64,000 nucleotides of DNA from contig JAQGDQ010002381.1 in the NCBI GenBank assembly GCA_030141605.1, positions 124,001 to 188,000 of the forward strand. Direction: 5' to 3'. This document shows positions 1 to 12,926 of this stretch, piece by piece. A program made the position numbers and the translations under genes. The DNA is from Tubiluchus corallicola. Lineage: Eukaryota; Animalia; Priapulida. The notes beneath the pieces are model-generated. The model saw only the letters and a program-made list of their open reading frames with translations, was not told the origin of the DNA and did no database searches. Every line of letters begins with the position of its first letter. Within the stretch, counting starts at the first letter, position 1.

Positions 1-2903
1 TTAACTACGCCTTTTTGTAATTGTCATAGTGTAAAATGTGGTGATATTCATAATCAAAATTCTACATTTATTCTAGATTTACCCACAGTTGTATTCATTA
101 ATCAAAGAGGTTACTAATGTCACTGTGTTTGTACCGACTAATGACTTTTACCGAGTAAATATAAAGTTTGGTACTTTGGTGAATTTATCTGCCAACCTTG
201 CTTTTTAAGACTTACTAAATACATCACAATAAGTTTATGAAAATGTATGACGGCTTTGGCTTACCTGCACGCACGAATGTTAATTAGGCTGTTTATATAA
301 ATATGGCCAATTAGAGATCATACAGGACTATATTCCAAGAATATCGAGGTTTGGTTTTTATTTTATATCCGTTTACTTAACCTAATTTTGTCTATGAAAC
401 GTCAATAGAAACGTTTTCGTCATCACTTTTAGCCCTTTGACAAAATCCGCGTCATTTGCAATATTGAAAGTCTAAGTCTATATGCAATATGCAATAGTTT
501 AAGTGACAAGAACTTTTTCTTTTTTTCTCGTTTCATTATTTTATTGATGAAATAACTAATAGTTGGTTTCACAATTTTTTCTCCTATAGTTATTTTATTC
601 TTAATAAAATAAATCCAAATTGTATATCAAAATTAGGTTGTAAAAATACGCGGGAGTACAAATACTCAAGTTGTAAATCGAACGTACAAAATAAAGAAAA
701 TTATTTGACTGTTTATATAATTATTTATATCAGTCAAAAGTCAACATATGCAAGCTTCGCACTGTAAACGCAAATTACAAAACCTGACTGAAATTAATTT
801 CGTGTATTAATCTTTTCTTAAATTGTAAAAATAACATTTAATTTTAAATAATCTAATTACTATTTTCCTACCAATAATAATAAATGTCGAAAAGCGAATA
901 TCTTTGGGATTAACGAATTAATCACCTAGAAAACTAAACATTATTACACAATGAAGCAAATTTTTATATATGTACGAAGACAGGTGTATAAACATTTTCG
1001 CACAAACGCCCTTTTAAAATATTTAAAAAACTAGTAGAGTGACAAAAACTTACCATGAATACGCACTCAAACTACAAAAAGATATTAAAAGCAGCGTTTC
1101 ATGCAACACTTTTAAGTGTCGATATTTGCACATCGTAATTGTTCACAGATAATTAACTTCGTTTTTCTGTAAATATTTTTTAACAAATTGATATTATCTT
1201 CTTCTGCTAATTAATCAACTTGATATCAGTTGTTTCTTTCACCTGATAAGAATCAACATGCAATTTATCACCTACTGACACCCAACTTACCTGGACCAGA
1301 AGGAGGAGTCAGATACCTTCTTAACCAATCACGTCCTGGCGGCATTGATTAGAACAAAGGCAACACCTATCAATAACAAAAATAGCTGACGCCGATTCCA
1401 TAAAGGCACGCTTTCAACTCACAGGTACGGCAGGTAAGTTGTTTTTGTATTGTTCCAGCAAAGAGCATCCTTTCCCTTTTTGACCGTATGGGTCTTTTGT
1501 CGGAATCTCGGCACCTTTGATGTTTACTTTATTATATATACCTGTACTATATGCTCACCATATTTTTGTCTCTTACGTAAAAAAATGGCCGTGTGTCATA
1601 GTCAGCTTTTGATATGATCAGAGCCACTGTTTATTAAATTTCTTATTGTAGTAATTATGTAGGCCTAAATGTAGCTTTGGTGGATTTTGATTTTAACTCT
1701 TATATTATACGTGATTACGTGCCTCAGTTACCCATTGTTAGTGTAGTTAAATATGTGGGCATTCAACTTAACACAAAATCTTGCAGAGTAAATTTGTTAA
1801 AGTTCAAATATTTGTTTTATAATCCAGGTATAGTCATTTGAATTCGATTATAAATCACTTACAAATTAATAAATTTTAAAAATTAAACTTGACTGAAAGG
1901 CAGAAAATGTGAAAAAGTCGAGATTGAGATTAGACTTATGCTTAAGCGTTACACCAGGCAATCCTTAGGAACGTAGCAGATTTTAAATAATTATTAATGG
2001 CTCATAAGTTAATTATTAGTATTTAATCAATTACACATTGAATTAGTCTCTTAAAGTTCACGTGTTTAGTAGTTGCTAAACTAATAGAATTAAACTAAGG
2101 CCTATCATGATCACAAGAAGCTTCATGATCTAGTGGACATAGCGTTCGATTTGTAATACAAAGGACCTCGGTTCAAATCCACGCTAAATTCTGACTAGTT
2201 CGCATTTTTCGGCCACGTGTTTTTATTTGTCAGAAACAGATTACAACTTTAATTTCTGTTGGAAGACCGCCCAGAGTCGCCATTGGGCTTGCTTAGAGCG
2301 ATTTGTAAAAAAGTCTTTGTTTCAAAAACTCAGTAATTGCCATGTTGTTTTTCCTTGGGCATATCATTTTATCAATAAAAATTTGCAAGTATCGTTCTGT
2401 ATTAAATACAATTACACTATCCACTTTCTGTAATTATATGAACTATCCCTGTAATAATACAAGTGAAACCGCGTGCTCAGAATGGCACTTGATGGCAGGT
2501 GAGGAATACAAATTCAAAGAACCTCTTATCATAAAACAAAAGCTTCCCACATCGATTAGGAAAACTTAGATACCTCACTTGCTTACTTTTTCTTTTCTCT
2601 TTCTCAATAAGAGTATACTGTTTACAGTGATCTCTACGGTGCGCATCAAAGAATTAGCGAATCTATCACGGTATTTTCTAAGCAATCACTTTCTAAGCAA
2701 TGCACCCAAGTCTAAATATGGTTAAATTTCGCAAACCGTACAAAATTAATAATGCTGCTACAGGTAAAATGAAAAAGCCATGTTTTTAATACGTAATTCA
2801 TTTTTAATTACCTTGTGCACTGTGGGTGAACAATTTAAACTAAGACATAAGTTAGTTAGCTGCACTTATGATAAGAGCGTAAACATGCAGATGTAAATTG
2901 AAA

Positions 2904-3033
2904 ACACACACACACACACACATACACACACACGCACGCGAGCACACGCACTCCCGCATACATGCACACACGGACGGACGGACGCGCACGCGCACGCGCA
3001 CGCACACGCACACACACACACGCACGCACACGC

Positions 3034-3110
<77 letters not shown>
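2904..3110. repeat. (CA)n/(CACG)n compound microsatellite ending in (TA)n
   Basis: Directly visible; explains the CV/HT-repeat ORFs at 2852-3182. Confidence 0.95.
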
Positions 3111-3225
3111 AACCTTTATTGTAGAAAATATACACTAGTACAGAGTGAAACAAATTACATCATATATAAAATTAGTGTATAACCAGACAGTGACAGACTG
3201 ATGAGTGCAATTGTGTCAGTCAGTT

Positions 3226-3337
3226 TAAGTTAAAAATCATAAGAATAAAAGCATTAAAATACTACATTACATATCTACAAATTTGTCTATATGTAATATA
3301 ATATTTTAATGTTTTTATTCTTATGATTTTTAACTTA
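3226..3337. repeat. ~112-bp near-perfect palindrome, part of a dispersed repeat (partial direct copy at ~7160-7333)
   Basis: TAAGTTAAAAATCATAAGAATAAAA...AAA|TTT...TTTTATTCTTATGATTTTTAACTTA centred at 3281/3282; the left arm plus ~100 bp upstream recurs at 7160-7333. Confidence 0.85.
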
Positions 3338-4849
3338 GTGAAGCGTTTTAAATAAACAAATAAATAAATAAATGACTTTTATGTTCCTGCTTTCTCATTC
3401 ATGACTTTATCAAAACGTAGAAGTTCTTGCTGATTACAATACGCAGGTTTTCCTGTAATTGCTAAATTTTACCTGCATTGACAAACTTCAGCTAATTCAA
3501 GATGCACCTACAAGAGAAAAATACAAGCTAATCTGTCGCTTTGTAAATCAAGCAAAATAATAAATAAAATTTAATTGAATAATGTTGTGTCTTTCATCTC
3601 TTCTTTACAGCAGAATAACTATTAAAGTCACACTGCAATATTATTTTATGAGTAAAGATTTAGGTGTTGTTCACAGATTGCTCAAGTCTTACCTCTCCTT
3701 TATAAAATTACTAAAAAAACTGTATAGCTAAATGCTTGTCTTATCAGTATATTAAGAATTATATTATTTAGTATTATTGTCAAAGTTAGTAGATTTGTTC
3801 TTAATCAATAAGCCTAGAAATAATGAAGTTGAACTCAAATCAAAATGTATTTAACTCCTGTTGTTGATTAATAGCATTATTAACCCAATGTGTTTTTATC
3901 ATTTCATAACAATTTTGACCTGTATTTCACATAAAATCTAAATGCAATTTTTAGTTTAATCAAGACTGACCTTATTTTGTTGCCCGCTAATTAAACTACA
4001 TGTATATTCTTTTCTCTGGATTATATGGAAAATGTCATAATTTTAAAAATTACTAATGTTTCCTAAATTAAACTGATAACATTAATGCCCACCAGTGTCT
4101 AAAAAATCTTTTTATCTATATTCGGTAAAGGATTGCAGTCTAGGTGACTTTATAGTCTTTTCGCTATCCTTTCTCTAGTTCTAGATCTATCTATACATTT
4201 TAACCATTTTTCAAAACTTATTAGAGATTCTTTTATTAATCATGTTTTACTGTAACACTATAAAGAGATAAAAAAGTTGAATTTGAATTGTGATATAGGA
4301 CAGGTCTAATAGGAGCAGATGTCGTACAATGATATAATTTCAGCAAACATTCATAAGAAAATTAGCCGAATAAATAATAGTTTGAAACCATGCTACACCA
4401 GTCAGTAATATATAAAGGATATGAAGAATATGATCCATATGCCAATATTATAATCTGCATTTATGGCACCACTGAAGTGTCATGTTATGCAGTCGGGTCG
4501 TTGTTCTTTTGAATGAATGCCAGTTTATGGACATTTAAGCAATCGAGCTGCTGACAAACTAAAGGACAAATGTCAGCAGCTAGAACTATGATAAGATAAG
4601 ATAAGATAAGATGATATTTATTTTCATCGGTATGATATAAACAGTACATATTTGTAAAACATGAGCTTAAAGCTCGTAAACCGATATCAAACATAATGTA
4701 TATGAGCGATAACATGGTAATAATATGTACTTCTTAAAATCTTTTGGATGCCACCAGAGGTATTGGTACAAGAAAAATTTATAACTACATAAAAATTTTA
4801 GGCAGTAACATTTTCTAAAATTTACACAAAAAGCTATCCAGGTCAATAA

Positions 4850-5265
4850 AAAATTTTCCTGCCAACATTTCAGCATTTAATTACGACTTAACAAAATTGG
4901 GAAGTTCGCTGAATTTACAAATGGCACATTTACATGATACACCAGTCCATGACTTAATTAGACGTTTAAATTCCCCAAGATTTTCGGCCATTCGGAGACA
5001 GTTTGGTAATTCATTCCACAATGTGGCTCCATAATAGGAGAAACTTTTCTTGCCATATGTAACACCATCATATGTAGGGTGTTCTGCAGTGTTCATTTTT
5101 CTGAGGAAGTAGCGGTTTTGCTTTCGTTCCTCTCTATCAGTCCATAAAGATAGGACGGGCAGTTTTTGGACAAAATCTTGAATACTTCGATAGCAATGAG
5201 AAGTTGAAGAGACACAAAATTGTCTTTAAACAATAGATTTTCGTAGGTACTTTCAAAATCAGGTA
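4850..5265 (-). mobile_element. Degenerate 3' end of a CR1/L2-like LINE ORF2
   Basis: ORF 4881-5096 reads GKKSFSYYGATLWNELPNCLR...FKRLIKSW...CKCAIC, a typical CR1-group C-terminus. Confidence 0.7.
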
Positions 5266-6282
5266 TGCTTTAGCTCCTTTCGACTGGCCTTCTTCCTTTA
5301 GCTTAGTTGATTAGCCCCGTCTTCATCTTTTTAGAAAACACATTTATCACAGTTTCACCACCAACATCAAATGCTATACTCGAAAGCAGATCTAACTGGT
5401 AATAGCTATAGTTTTAGTTCCGCTTGATTGTGCCAAACCATATGATCAGAATCAGCGTGCTTCCTCAAACGATACTTTCCTTCCAGCGAATTTCTCAACT
5501 CCCGTGCGCCATCTGCCGGCAGAAGTCGAAAAAATTTCGCGCATGCTGCAGGTATATTGAAGCTGCCTTGCTTTGCGAATTGCTGAAAATGAAGCTGTTT
5601 CCGTGGCAACGGCAAGGTGCGTGTTGGTGTGATCGCGTAGGGAATTACATTATTCCCGTTTTGGTTTGGTTATTGTTGTATGATATATGACAAAAAATGC
5701 AATAATGCTGATGAGCTTTTGTCACTTTAGTGAATTAACGGCCAAAACATGAAATGCAACAATTTGCTTATAAAGGTAGGCATTGTTTTGTGTCTAAAAA
5801 TTCTTTTTATTCTTAAAGTTTTATTCTTATTCTTTGTACATAGTCATGTCCTTGTAATTATTGTTATCATAAATTCGGTATTAATTGTAATTACTACCAG
5901 GGTTTGTCTCGGTGTACTCGCGTTACAAAAGTACGTATCATTTAGCTCAAGAAATAAAATTTGATTGCCTTATATAACCACTAGTACGCTTTACTATGTG
6001 TTTAAAGCATTTGGATTAAACATGAAAAGGTTAAAAGTTTGTTAGTTTCGCATTAATAAATGCGCAAATTCACATTAACTACGAAGTAGGCTTATGAAAA
6101 CCAAAAAAATACACTTGGATATGAATATGGGCTCTTTTTACAAGTCCAAGCATTTTGGCTCGACACAAAGTCTTAAATCCATGATACGGTATCACATATA
6201 TTCGCTACTTTATGAACTATAGGCCTACAGTATCATTCACTTTCCGATTGGTTTCAGAGCTACATTTGTTTTAATTAATCAT

Positions 6283-6665
6283 TAGGGGTGAGCATCGAAC
6301 GTTCGAGTTCGAACTCGATTCGAATCCAAAACTGTAGATTCAAATAATTCAGCACTTCAATCACATATGTTCCTGATCACTAAAACGATTGAAACAACAT
6401 GCAATTAGCGTAATTTAGCAGTGATTTCTGTGCACAATTTTAAACAAATTACTAGTCGTTTTATTGCAGAACAAAATCTAGTGATACACATGATCTTTGT
6501 AAGACTAATTTTTACTGGTGGTTCGAAAACTTGTTCGAAAATCATTCAATCTCAATTCGACTTCAGTTCGAATTTGAAACACTGAAGTTCGGTTAGATTC
6601 GAATTCGAAAGTCAGAAATTCGGTTCGATTCGAATTCGCTTTCTGGTAGAGAATGCTCACCCCTA
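6283..6665. mobile_element. Non-autonomous hAT-type MITE (383 bp)
   Basis: 13-bp TIR TAGGGGTGAGCAT / ATGCTCACCCCTA; 8-bp TSD TTAATCAT (6275-6282) vs TTAATCAC (6666-6673); subterminal TTCGAA arrays. Confidence 0.85.
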
Positions 6666-7599
6666 TTAATCACAAGCTGCTGCCTGCGCGTAGTGATTTA
6701 AGATGTTACACTCGTGACCAAAAGGTCGCCAGTTCAAATCCAAATTCAGTCAGGACTTTTATATTTCTTTCCTTCAGTTAAGTTTGTTCCAAAATTTTAA
6801 CAACCTTACCTTTGCTGCATAAGTTTTGATAATCTTTAAACTGTGATCGTAGACAGTAAAAAATTGTTTATTTACTAAATAAACATCAACACAAAACTAA
6901 CAGCTGAACAGCTTACGTACTTAGTGAACTTTTTAAGAAAATCAACATTTTCATTATCAGTCATTTGCAGGTTACCAATTAATGCGATTATCTGAGGATA
7001 TAAAAATGTTATAAAATTTGTTACATGATGGATTATTTATCATACAGAAGATGTTTTTGAAGTTCCAAAAAAAATTCAAAACTGTATATGTTAAACATAT
7101 TAGAAACATCAGAATTGATATAAAGTAAGAATGATGAATTTCATTTATCTTTTTCATTTATATATACACTGGTACAGAGTAAAGCATTTTACATCATACA
7201 TAAAATCAGTGTACAACCAGTCAGTGACAGACTGATGTACACTATGTACAGTTGTGTCAGTCAGTCTAAGTTAAAAATCATAAGAATAAAAACATTAAAA
7301 TACAACATTACATAACTACAAATTTATCTACATGACGACATGATAGTGACTTATGAAATATGGTAAATTTTAATATTTTTTGATACTTTTTGCTACTTTT
7401 TGCCATGCAAGTTTCCGTATGAGTCGCATATTTTTATAGTATAGACACTTATATTATGATGAATTTGTGAGTCTAGAGCGTTATGCGTTTTTGATATTCT
7501 CAATTATTGATGAATTCTACTTTATCGCTTTTATGTAAGGGTCTTTTGTGAGTTAGCAGTTTGTTTTTAGTTCTGTTTTAAACGTTGTTAATCCGTCTT

Positions 7600-8140
7600 T
7601 TGATTTTCTACTTAAGAGTGCTGAATTCCATAAGTTGATTTTTGTTTTGCTTATCGAATTGTGTCCATATTTTTTGTAAGTAACTGTTTTAGATTATAGG
7701 TGCGTTCGTTTTTATGTTTATCGGGGTAAATAATAAACCATTTTCTTTGAAAACTGGAATTATATCATTTATATATTTAAATAGAAATATTAAGGAATGG
7801 TAATAAATGTTTGATTCTATATTGGGTATTCTTAATTTTTTTCTATTAGTGGCTGAGTACATATGGTGTTAATTTATTTTCTTAGAAAAGTGGCCTAGTA
7901 CATGTTTGAGCGCATAATTTTGAGTTGTATCTAGTCTACCTGTTTGGGTTTAGAAATGTTTTCAAGTAGATGGCAGCCATAAGTTAAATGAGGCATTATT
8001 AATCTTTTGTATATTAGTAGTTTGATTTCAATAGTAACTTTGGTATCAATAATAAGCTGTTTAAATATTAAACGTTCCCCAGCTTCCTCAATTCCAGAGC
8101 TCTCTGTTCTATTTTTGTTTAAATTTAATTTTGCTTTCAA
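7600..8140 (-). mobile_element. Degenerate LINE ORF2 fragment (post-RT region, Jockey/I-like)
   Basis: ORF 7931-8140 contains IEIKLLIYKRLIMPHLTYGC, matching the K..lYk..i.P.l.Yg LINE motif; boundaries approximate. Confidence 0.55.
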
Positions 8141-9207
8141 TGCGATCTTGACTTAAAGAAGCTGGTGTCCAAAAATAACAATGAAAATTATTACACATAG
8201 TTTTTGTCAATTTTTTTTGTCATAAAGATGTAATATATTTTGTTTCAATGTATGCAATATTAATTGATTGCACTACAGCCCAACAATGATAATGGTTATT
8301 ACTGTGTGAGTAAAACTAGTAATTTTCTCTTAATAATTTGCTGTCCAAAAATTTAGATATATAAAAATTTAGCTGAAAGGAAGATGACAGTTATAAGGCA
8401 ACGACATTTTATATAACTGCTCGTGGACCAAGTGTGTTACATACCAGGTAATCAAATTTAAAAACAAATAAAACTAATAAACCATTAAATGGTCATAACC
8501 GTGGTAAAATCAGTGCAAAGGTACAACCCCGGATGATAAATGGACAATTTGTCAAAAACGAACATTTAATGACGTTTTCAGTAAGTAGGTAAACGCAAAG
8601 AAAAGCAGCAGCTAATATATTTTATTCTATACAATTTTATGCTGTGTATAGTTTTTAGGCCACGCCTATGTAGGGTATAATTATATTGCAGTTCGGTTAA
8701 TTACAAGTTTAGCAAGTTACATGCTGTACTTCTACTTGCAGTATTATTTATGATAATTGTCCATAATAACAAATGTATTGCAAATGACAGCATAATGCTG
8801 CTTACCATCAACAAAGCTACAACGCTGGAATTATGAATCTGTTGTGTAACAGCTATGCAATACACACTGCCAAAGACAAACACTTGCTGGTTACAGGTTA
8901 TAATAATAAATAAAGAATAACCCATTCTTCAAGTTTCACTCGTTTTTCACTGTCATTTTCTGTTAATCTACCCAGCAATAACCCTAAATTACATGAGTCA
9001 GAGACACGTAGGGGTTTTTGCTTTTCTAGGCCAACGAATGCAGATCATTTTACCTAGATTATGACTGAGTAACACATTGTAGCCAATCTAGGTACTATTT
9101 AGTAATATTGTGCAATTTTTAAATGTTAGTTTGGACTTTAGAATACCCGTATGAATTAAGACAGCTAAATTAAGTAGCGCTGTAAATAAACTTGCAAGAA
9201 AAATATA

Positions 9208-9281
9208 TGGCCAGTACGGGGGTCGAACCCGCGACCTTAGCGTTATTAGCACCACGCTCTAACCGACTGAGCTAACCGGCC
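9208..9281 (-). tRNA. tRNA-Ile (anticodon AAT)
   Basis: Reverse complement GGCCGGTTAGCTCAGTCGGTTAGAGCGTGGTGCTAATAACGCTAAGGTCGCGGGTTCGACCCCCGTACTGGCCA: full cloverleaf, A and B boxes, AAT anticodon, followed by a TTTTT Pol III terminator (9199-9203). Confidence 0.96.
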
Positions 9282-10161
9282 AAGTATACTAACAGGAAAG
9301 CAATAAAACTTGCTGAAACATCGCTTACTAACAGATAGCAGTGCACATGCGCTTTCGCAATATGTACTATGCGCAGAATCATTGTACAGAATTTATATCG
9401 CTCCCCGCGACCTACGTCGCTGGTTGTTCAGCTATTTACTAAAAATTGTTCTTGCATAGTGGCTGCAGTAATCGCTAGCCACTGGCAAATGTTACATTTA
9501 CTGTGTTAATTATTAAGCTAATAATTTATTGTAGCTAACTACGTAGTGTGTTCAAATATTATCATATAAGAAGTTTTAACTTTCTTAAAAGAATTATTAA
9601 TAATTTTTATACGATTCGGCACACTTGTTCAAAGCCAAAATTCAGCATTTAGTCTAAGTTAGGTATAAGTGCTTTCAGTGCACTGTTCCTGCGACATAGG
9701 CCTATTAATTGTATTTATAGGCCTAATTATATTACTAAATCGAATAACAGTCAATAACAGTTCTGTGTATAACAATATAGGTACTACCTGGTACATACAA
9801 AAGAAACAAAACTGAATTAAACGTTTATGAGAAAATAATTACCAAATGTCACGTCACTAGTTTAAACAGACAGAAGCACAAGTAAATAAAAAAGAAATCT
9901 GTAAAAAAAAATAACAAAAAACTTTGTTAAAGGCTAGTAATGAAAATTAATAAACCTATGCAAAAACCGTGATAAATGAAAGAGGAAAACAGGGAAGGCA
10001 AAACGAAAAAACGGCACCTATGAAGTGGTACTTTTTTCTGTCGTATTTATTCGAGATAATTACACTGATATAGGAACAAATTTTCAAGTTTCACTCACAA
10101 TTATCAACATAACTTATCTTGCCTATTTTAAATTTTTCTAGTGCTGATGACACCATGACGG

Positions 10162-10456
10162 CATAGGCGAACGGGCCGATTTTTTCAGGAGGGAGGGTAA
10201 GCCACTTTTGCCGGAAAAATTCAGGGTCACCTCCGCGTCGGGAATTGCCTCACCACACCCCATGATAAAAAAATGTCCGAATTTCGGGCACTTCATTTGG
10301 CAGCATGGAGAAATTGCGAGATTTCCTTTTATGAAAAATATTATTTTATAGTAATTTCGGTGCCCGAAAAAAATGTGTTTGCCCGAATCCGGGCGGGGGA
10401 GGCTGCAGACAAACAGCCACCCCCCACCCCCAACCCTTGCTCGTGCACGTCGGCTG
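10162..10456. mobile_element. Possible GC-rich MITE remnant
   Basis: Begins CATAGGCGAACG with G-rich left and C-rich right subtermini and internal CCCGAA/TTCGGG motifs; no TSD found. Confidence 0.35.
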
Positions 10457-11276
10457 TATTGTTTAAGAATTTTGTGTTAAGCCAATGATACACGGCCGCC
10501 ACAAGACAAACCGGCAGACGTCGGCCGTGATAAAATGACCGCCCAAATTAGACTACATTAATTTCAAATCAAAGATGAAACGCGGAGTTTATGGAAGTGG
10601 CCGTGAAGACAGCAGCCGTTCTAAAACAGAAATGAGTTCTATTTTGTACAGTATGCACCAGCCGGCCAAGGGTTTTATCCAATCAGGGATCAGTATTCCA
10701 GCATTGGTTTTTGCTTTTCCCGCGACGTATTGTAACACGGTATGCATGAATGCTGTACGTATAATAGATAGATGGTTTATGTTAAGTGAATTTAACTTAA
10801 GCCTGAAGAATACTTGCATCATGCATTTAACAGAAGCCATGTAACCATTTAAACTTGATTTAATAAGTTCACTATTTTACTTGACAAAAATTCCGCAGTT
10901 TTTAGCGTAACCTTATGCAACGGTTCAATACTATGCAAGATGTATTTCCGTTTTTCCCACTTAAATTGTAATGTGATGGTCGATATCAGAAAACTTCAGA
11001 ATTTTTCAAAAACCAAACCGAATCGCGGATGTATGGCTGAATTTCAGTAGACTCCGGGCCAAATCAGGAGGATGGCAACCCTAGCAGTGATACAAAAATT
11101 GAACTTAAAAAACAAGATAACCCACTAAACAATTGATTATAGATCTAAATTTCAACGTTAAAACACTACCCATGAGTACTTAAAACTAAACAGTGACGAA
11201 ATGTTTGGCTGTACGGTCGTCATTAATGCTGCGCTCCCTTCTACACGGACGGCTGCGTATCAGATCTTTCGTTAGT

Positions 11277-12926
11277 TTGATTGAATGATTGAATATCTTT
11301 ATTGACATAAACATATGATAATAACGATGTAATAATTCATGTGTTAATTAATACTGTAAAATGTTATTAAAGCTGTTTCCAGCCCACTTGGGCTTACAAG
11401 TCAATTTCATGAAAATTTATCACATAATAACTGTGCAGTTCATTTACATAGAATATCAAATAAAAGAATATATATAATATGGAATTTTAACATATACCTG
11501 AATGGACAAGTCATGTATTAAATATATATCTTGCTTTGCCTCATTCTAAAAATCTTATAAGCATATTTTGCAGTCCTAAGGACATTCTCTTCTGACATAA
11601 TATATTTCCATTTATTTACATTATCTAATTGTTCCGGGTCCATGTTAATATCTTGGAAAAATTCTTCTCTCTCTAGTCTATAATGTGTACAAACAAACAT
11701 AAAGTGAGATTCATCTTCTACATCTCCACAGCAACATATCTTACACAAACGTTCACCAACCTTAACATTTCTAAACCTACCATGCTCCAGTTCCAGGGGA
11801 AGAGTACCACTTCTTAGCTTTGCAAGCACAGACCTGTATTTTCCTTGCATATTAATATAAACATATGGTTCTACTCCAAAGCTGTTCTTATACAATATAT
11901 ATGTTCTAAGTTTAGGGTAATCTGCATTTTTTGCTTTCCAATCAACACATTGTTTCTCATACAGCTGTGCCCATGCTCTGCTAAGAGGTACAGTATCCAT
12001 ATTAACAAAAGCTTGCTGGAACCCTGCTTCCTCTAGGACTTTAGAAATTTCATATGACCAACCAACGTTGGTATTACAGTCCCAAAGAAATATTCTCTTA
12101 ACAAGTCTAGAATTATCAAGTGTTAAAAGACGATTCCAATACCTTATCATAGATGACTTTCTTCTAACTGAAGATGGTGACCATCCCATATCACCCTGTA
12201 TACATTGATTAGCAGCAAAATTATGAACACCAAGAAATATTCTTAATGCCTTATTCTGGACAGTATCAATTTTAGGGTACTTGTTATATCCCCATACTTC
12301 TGAACCATAATCAAGTATAGGACATACACCTGCATTGAATAACTTAGTAAAAGAATAATAACCCAGCCCATTTAACTTTTTATATTTACCAATCAAGGCA
12401 TCCAGTGCTCTACTGCCTGAGTCTGCCAGTACTAGTGCTGTAACCTTATAATCTAAATGTTCATTAAGATAAATCCCCAGATACTTATACCTATCTACAG
12501 TGCTCAAAATCTGATCACTAAGTTTAAATAGTACATCAGTTTGATTCACTTGGGGTTTTCTGAAATGGACAACATTTGACTTTTTACTGTTAAATTTGAT
12601 TCTCCATTTCTTTCCCCACTCAGTGATCTTATCTAACATTTTCTGAAGATCTTCTTCAGATTCTGCTAAAATTACAACGTCATCAGCATACATTAAAATA
12701 CAAATCTTATCATTACCAACAGGAATACCAATATTTAGGGACTTTACATCATCTGCCATATCATTTATATACCAGCTGAACAGGGTTGGTGACAAAGTGT
12801 CTCCCTGCCTGACACCATATTCACATTTAAATTTATCAGTGAGGATACCATTTAGATTCACAGCACTATAGGTATCTGAAAGAATATTCTTAATGCTGCT
12901 ATACATTTTGCCATCCACTATTACAT
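11277..12926 (-). mobile_element. 5'-truncated non-LTR retrotransposon (LINE; RTE-X/L2-group-like), young copy
   Basis: Uninterrupted RT ORF, AT-rich 3' UTR, AATAAA (11298-11303, - strand), short (TCAA/TTCAA) tail; candidate TSD GTTAGT at 11271-11276 and 12927-12932. Confidence 0.9.
11518..12918 (-). CDS. LINE ORF2 fragment: reverse transcriptase (C-terminal half) plus CCHC zinc knuckle
   Basis: GVRQGDTLSPTLF, LMYADD, YKYLG motifs and C-terminal RLCKIC...VEDESHFMFVC; 466 aa with no stops; no endonuclease domain. Confidence 0.9.
   Translation of the reverse strand: MDGKMYSSIKNILSDTYSAVNLNGILTDKFKCEYGVRQGDTLSPTLFSWYINDMADDVKSLNIGIPVGNDKICILMYADDVVILAESEEDLQKMLDKITEWGKKWRIKFNSKKSNVVHFRKPQVNQTDVLFKLSDQILSTVDRYKYLGIYLNEHLDYKVTALVLADSGSRALDALIGKYKKLNGLGYYSFTKLFNAGVCPILDYGSEVWGYNKYPKIDTVQNKALRIFLGVHNFAANQCIQGDMGWSPSSVRRKSSMIRYWNRLLTLDNSRLVKRIFLWDCNTNVGWSYEISKVLEEAGFQQAFVNMDTVPLSRAWAQLYEKQCVDWKAKNADYPKLRTYILYKNSFGVEPYVYINMQGKYRSVLAKLRSGTLPLELEHGRFRNVKVGERLCKICCCGDVEDESHFMFVCTHYRLEREEFFQDINMDPEQLDNVNKWKYIMSEENVLRTAKYAYKIFRMRQSKIYI

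Noticed and set aside
5265-5690. GC-richer segment with short ORFs; minus strand reads LLSSIAFDVGGETV
   Set aside because: Possibly a decayed transposon-associated coding fragment, but interrupted and too short to assign.
8701-8925. Hydrophobic 74-aa minus-strand ORF with a GTAAGC donor at ~8805
   Set aside because: No recognisable motif and no in-frame partner exon found.
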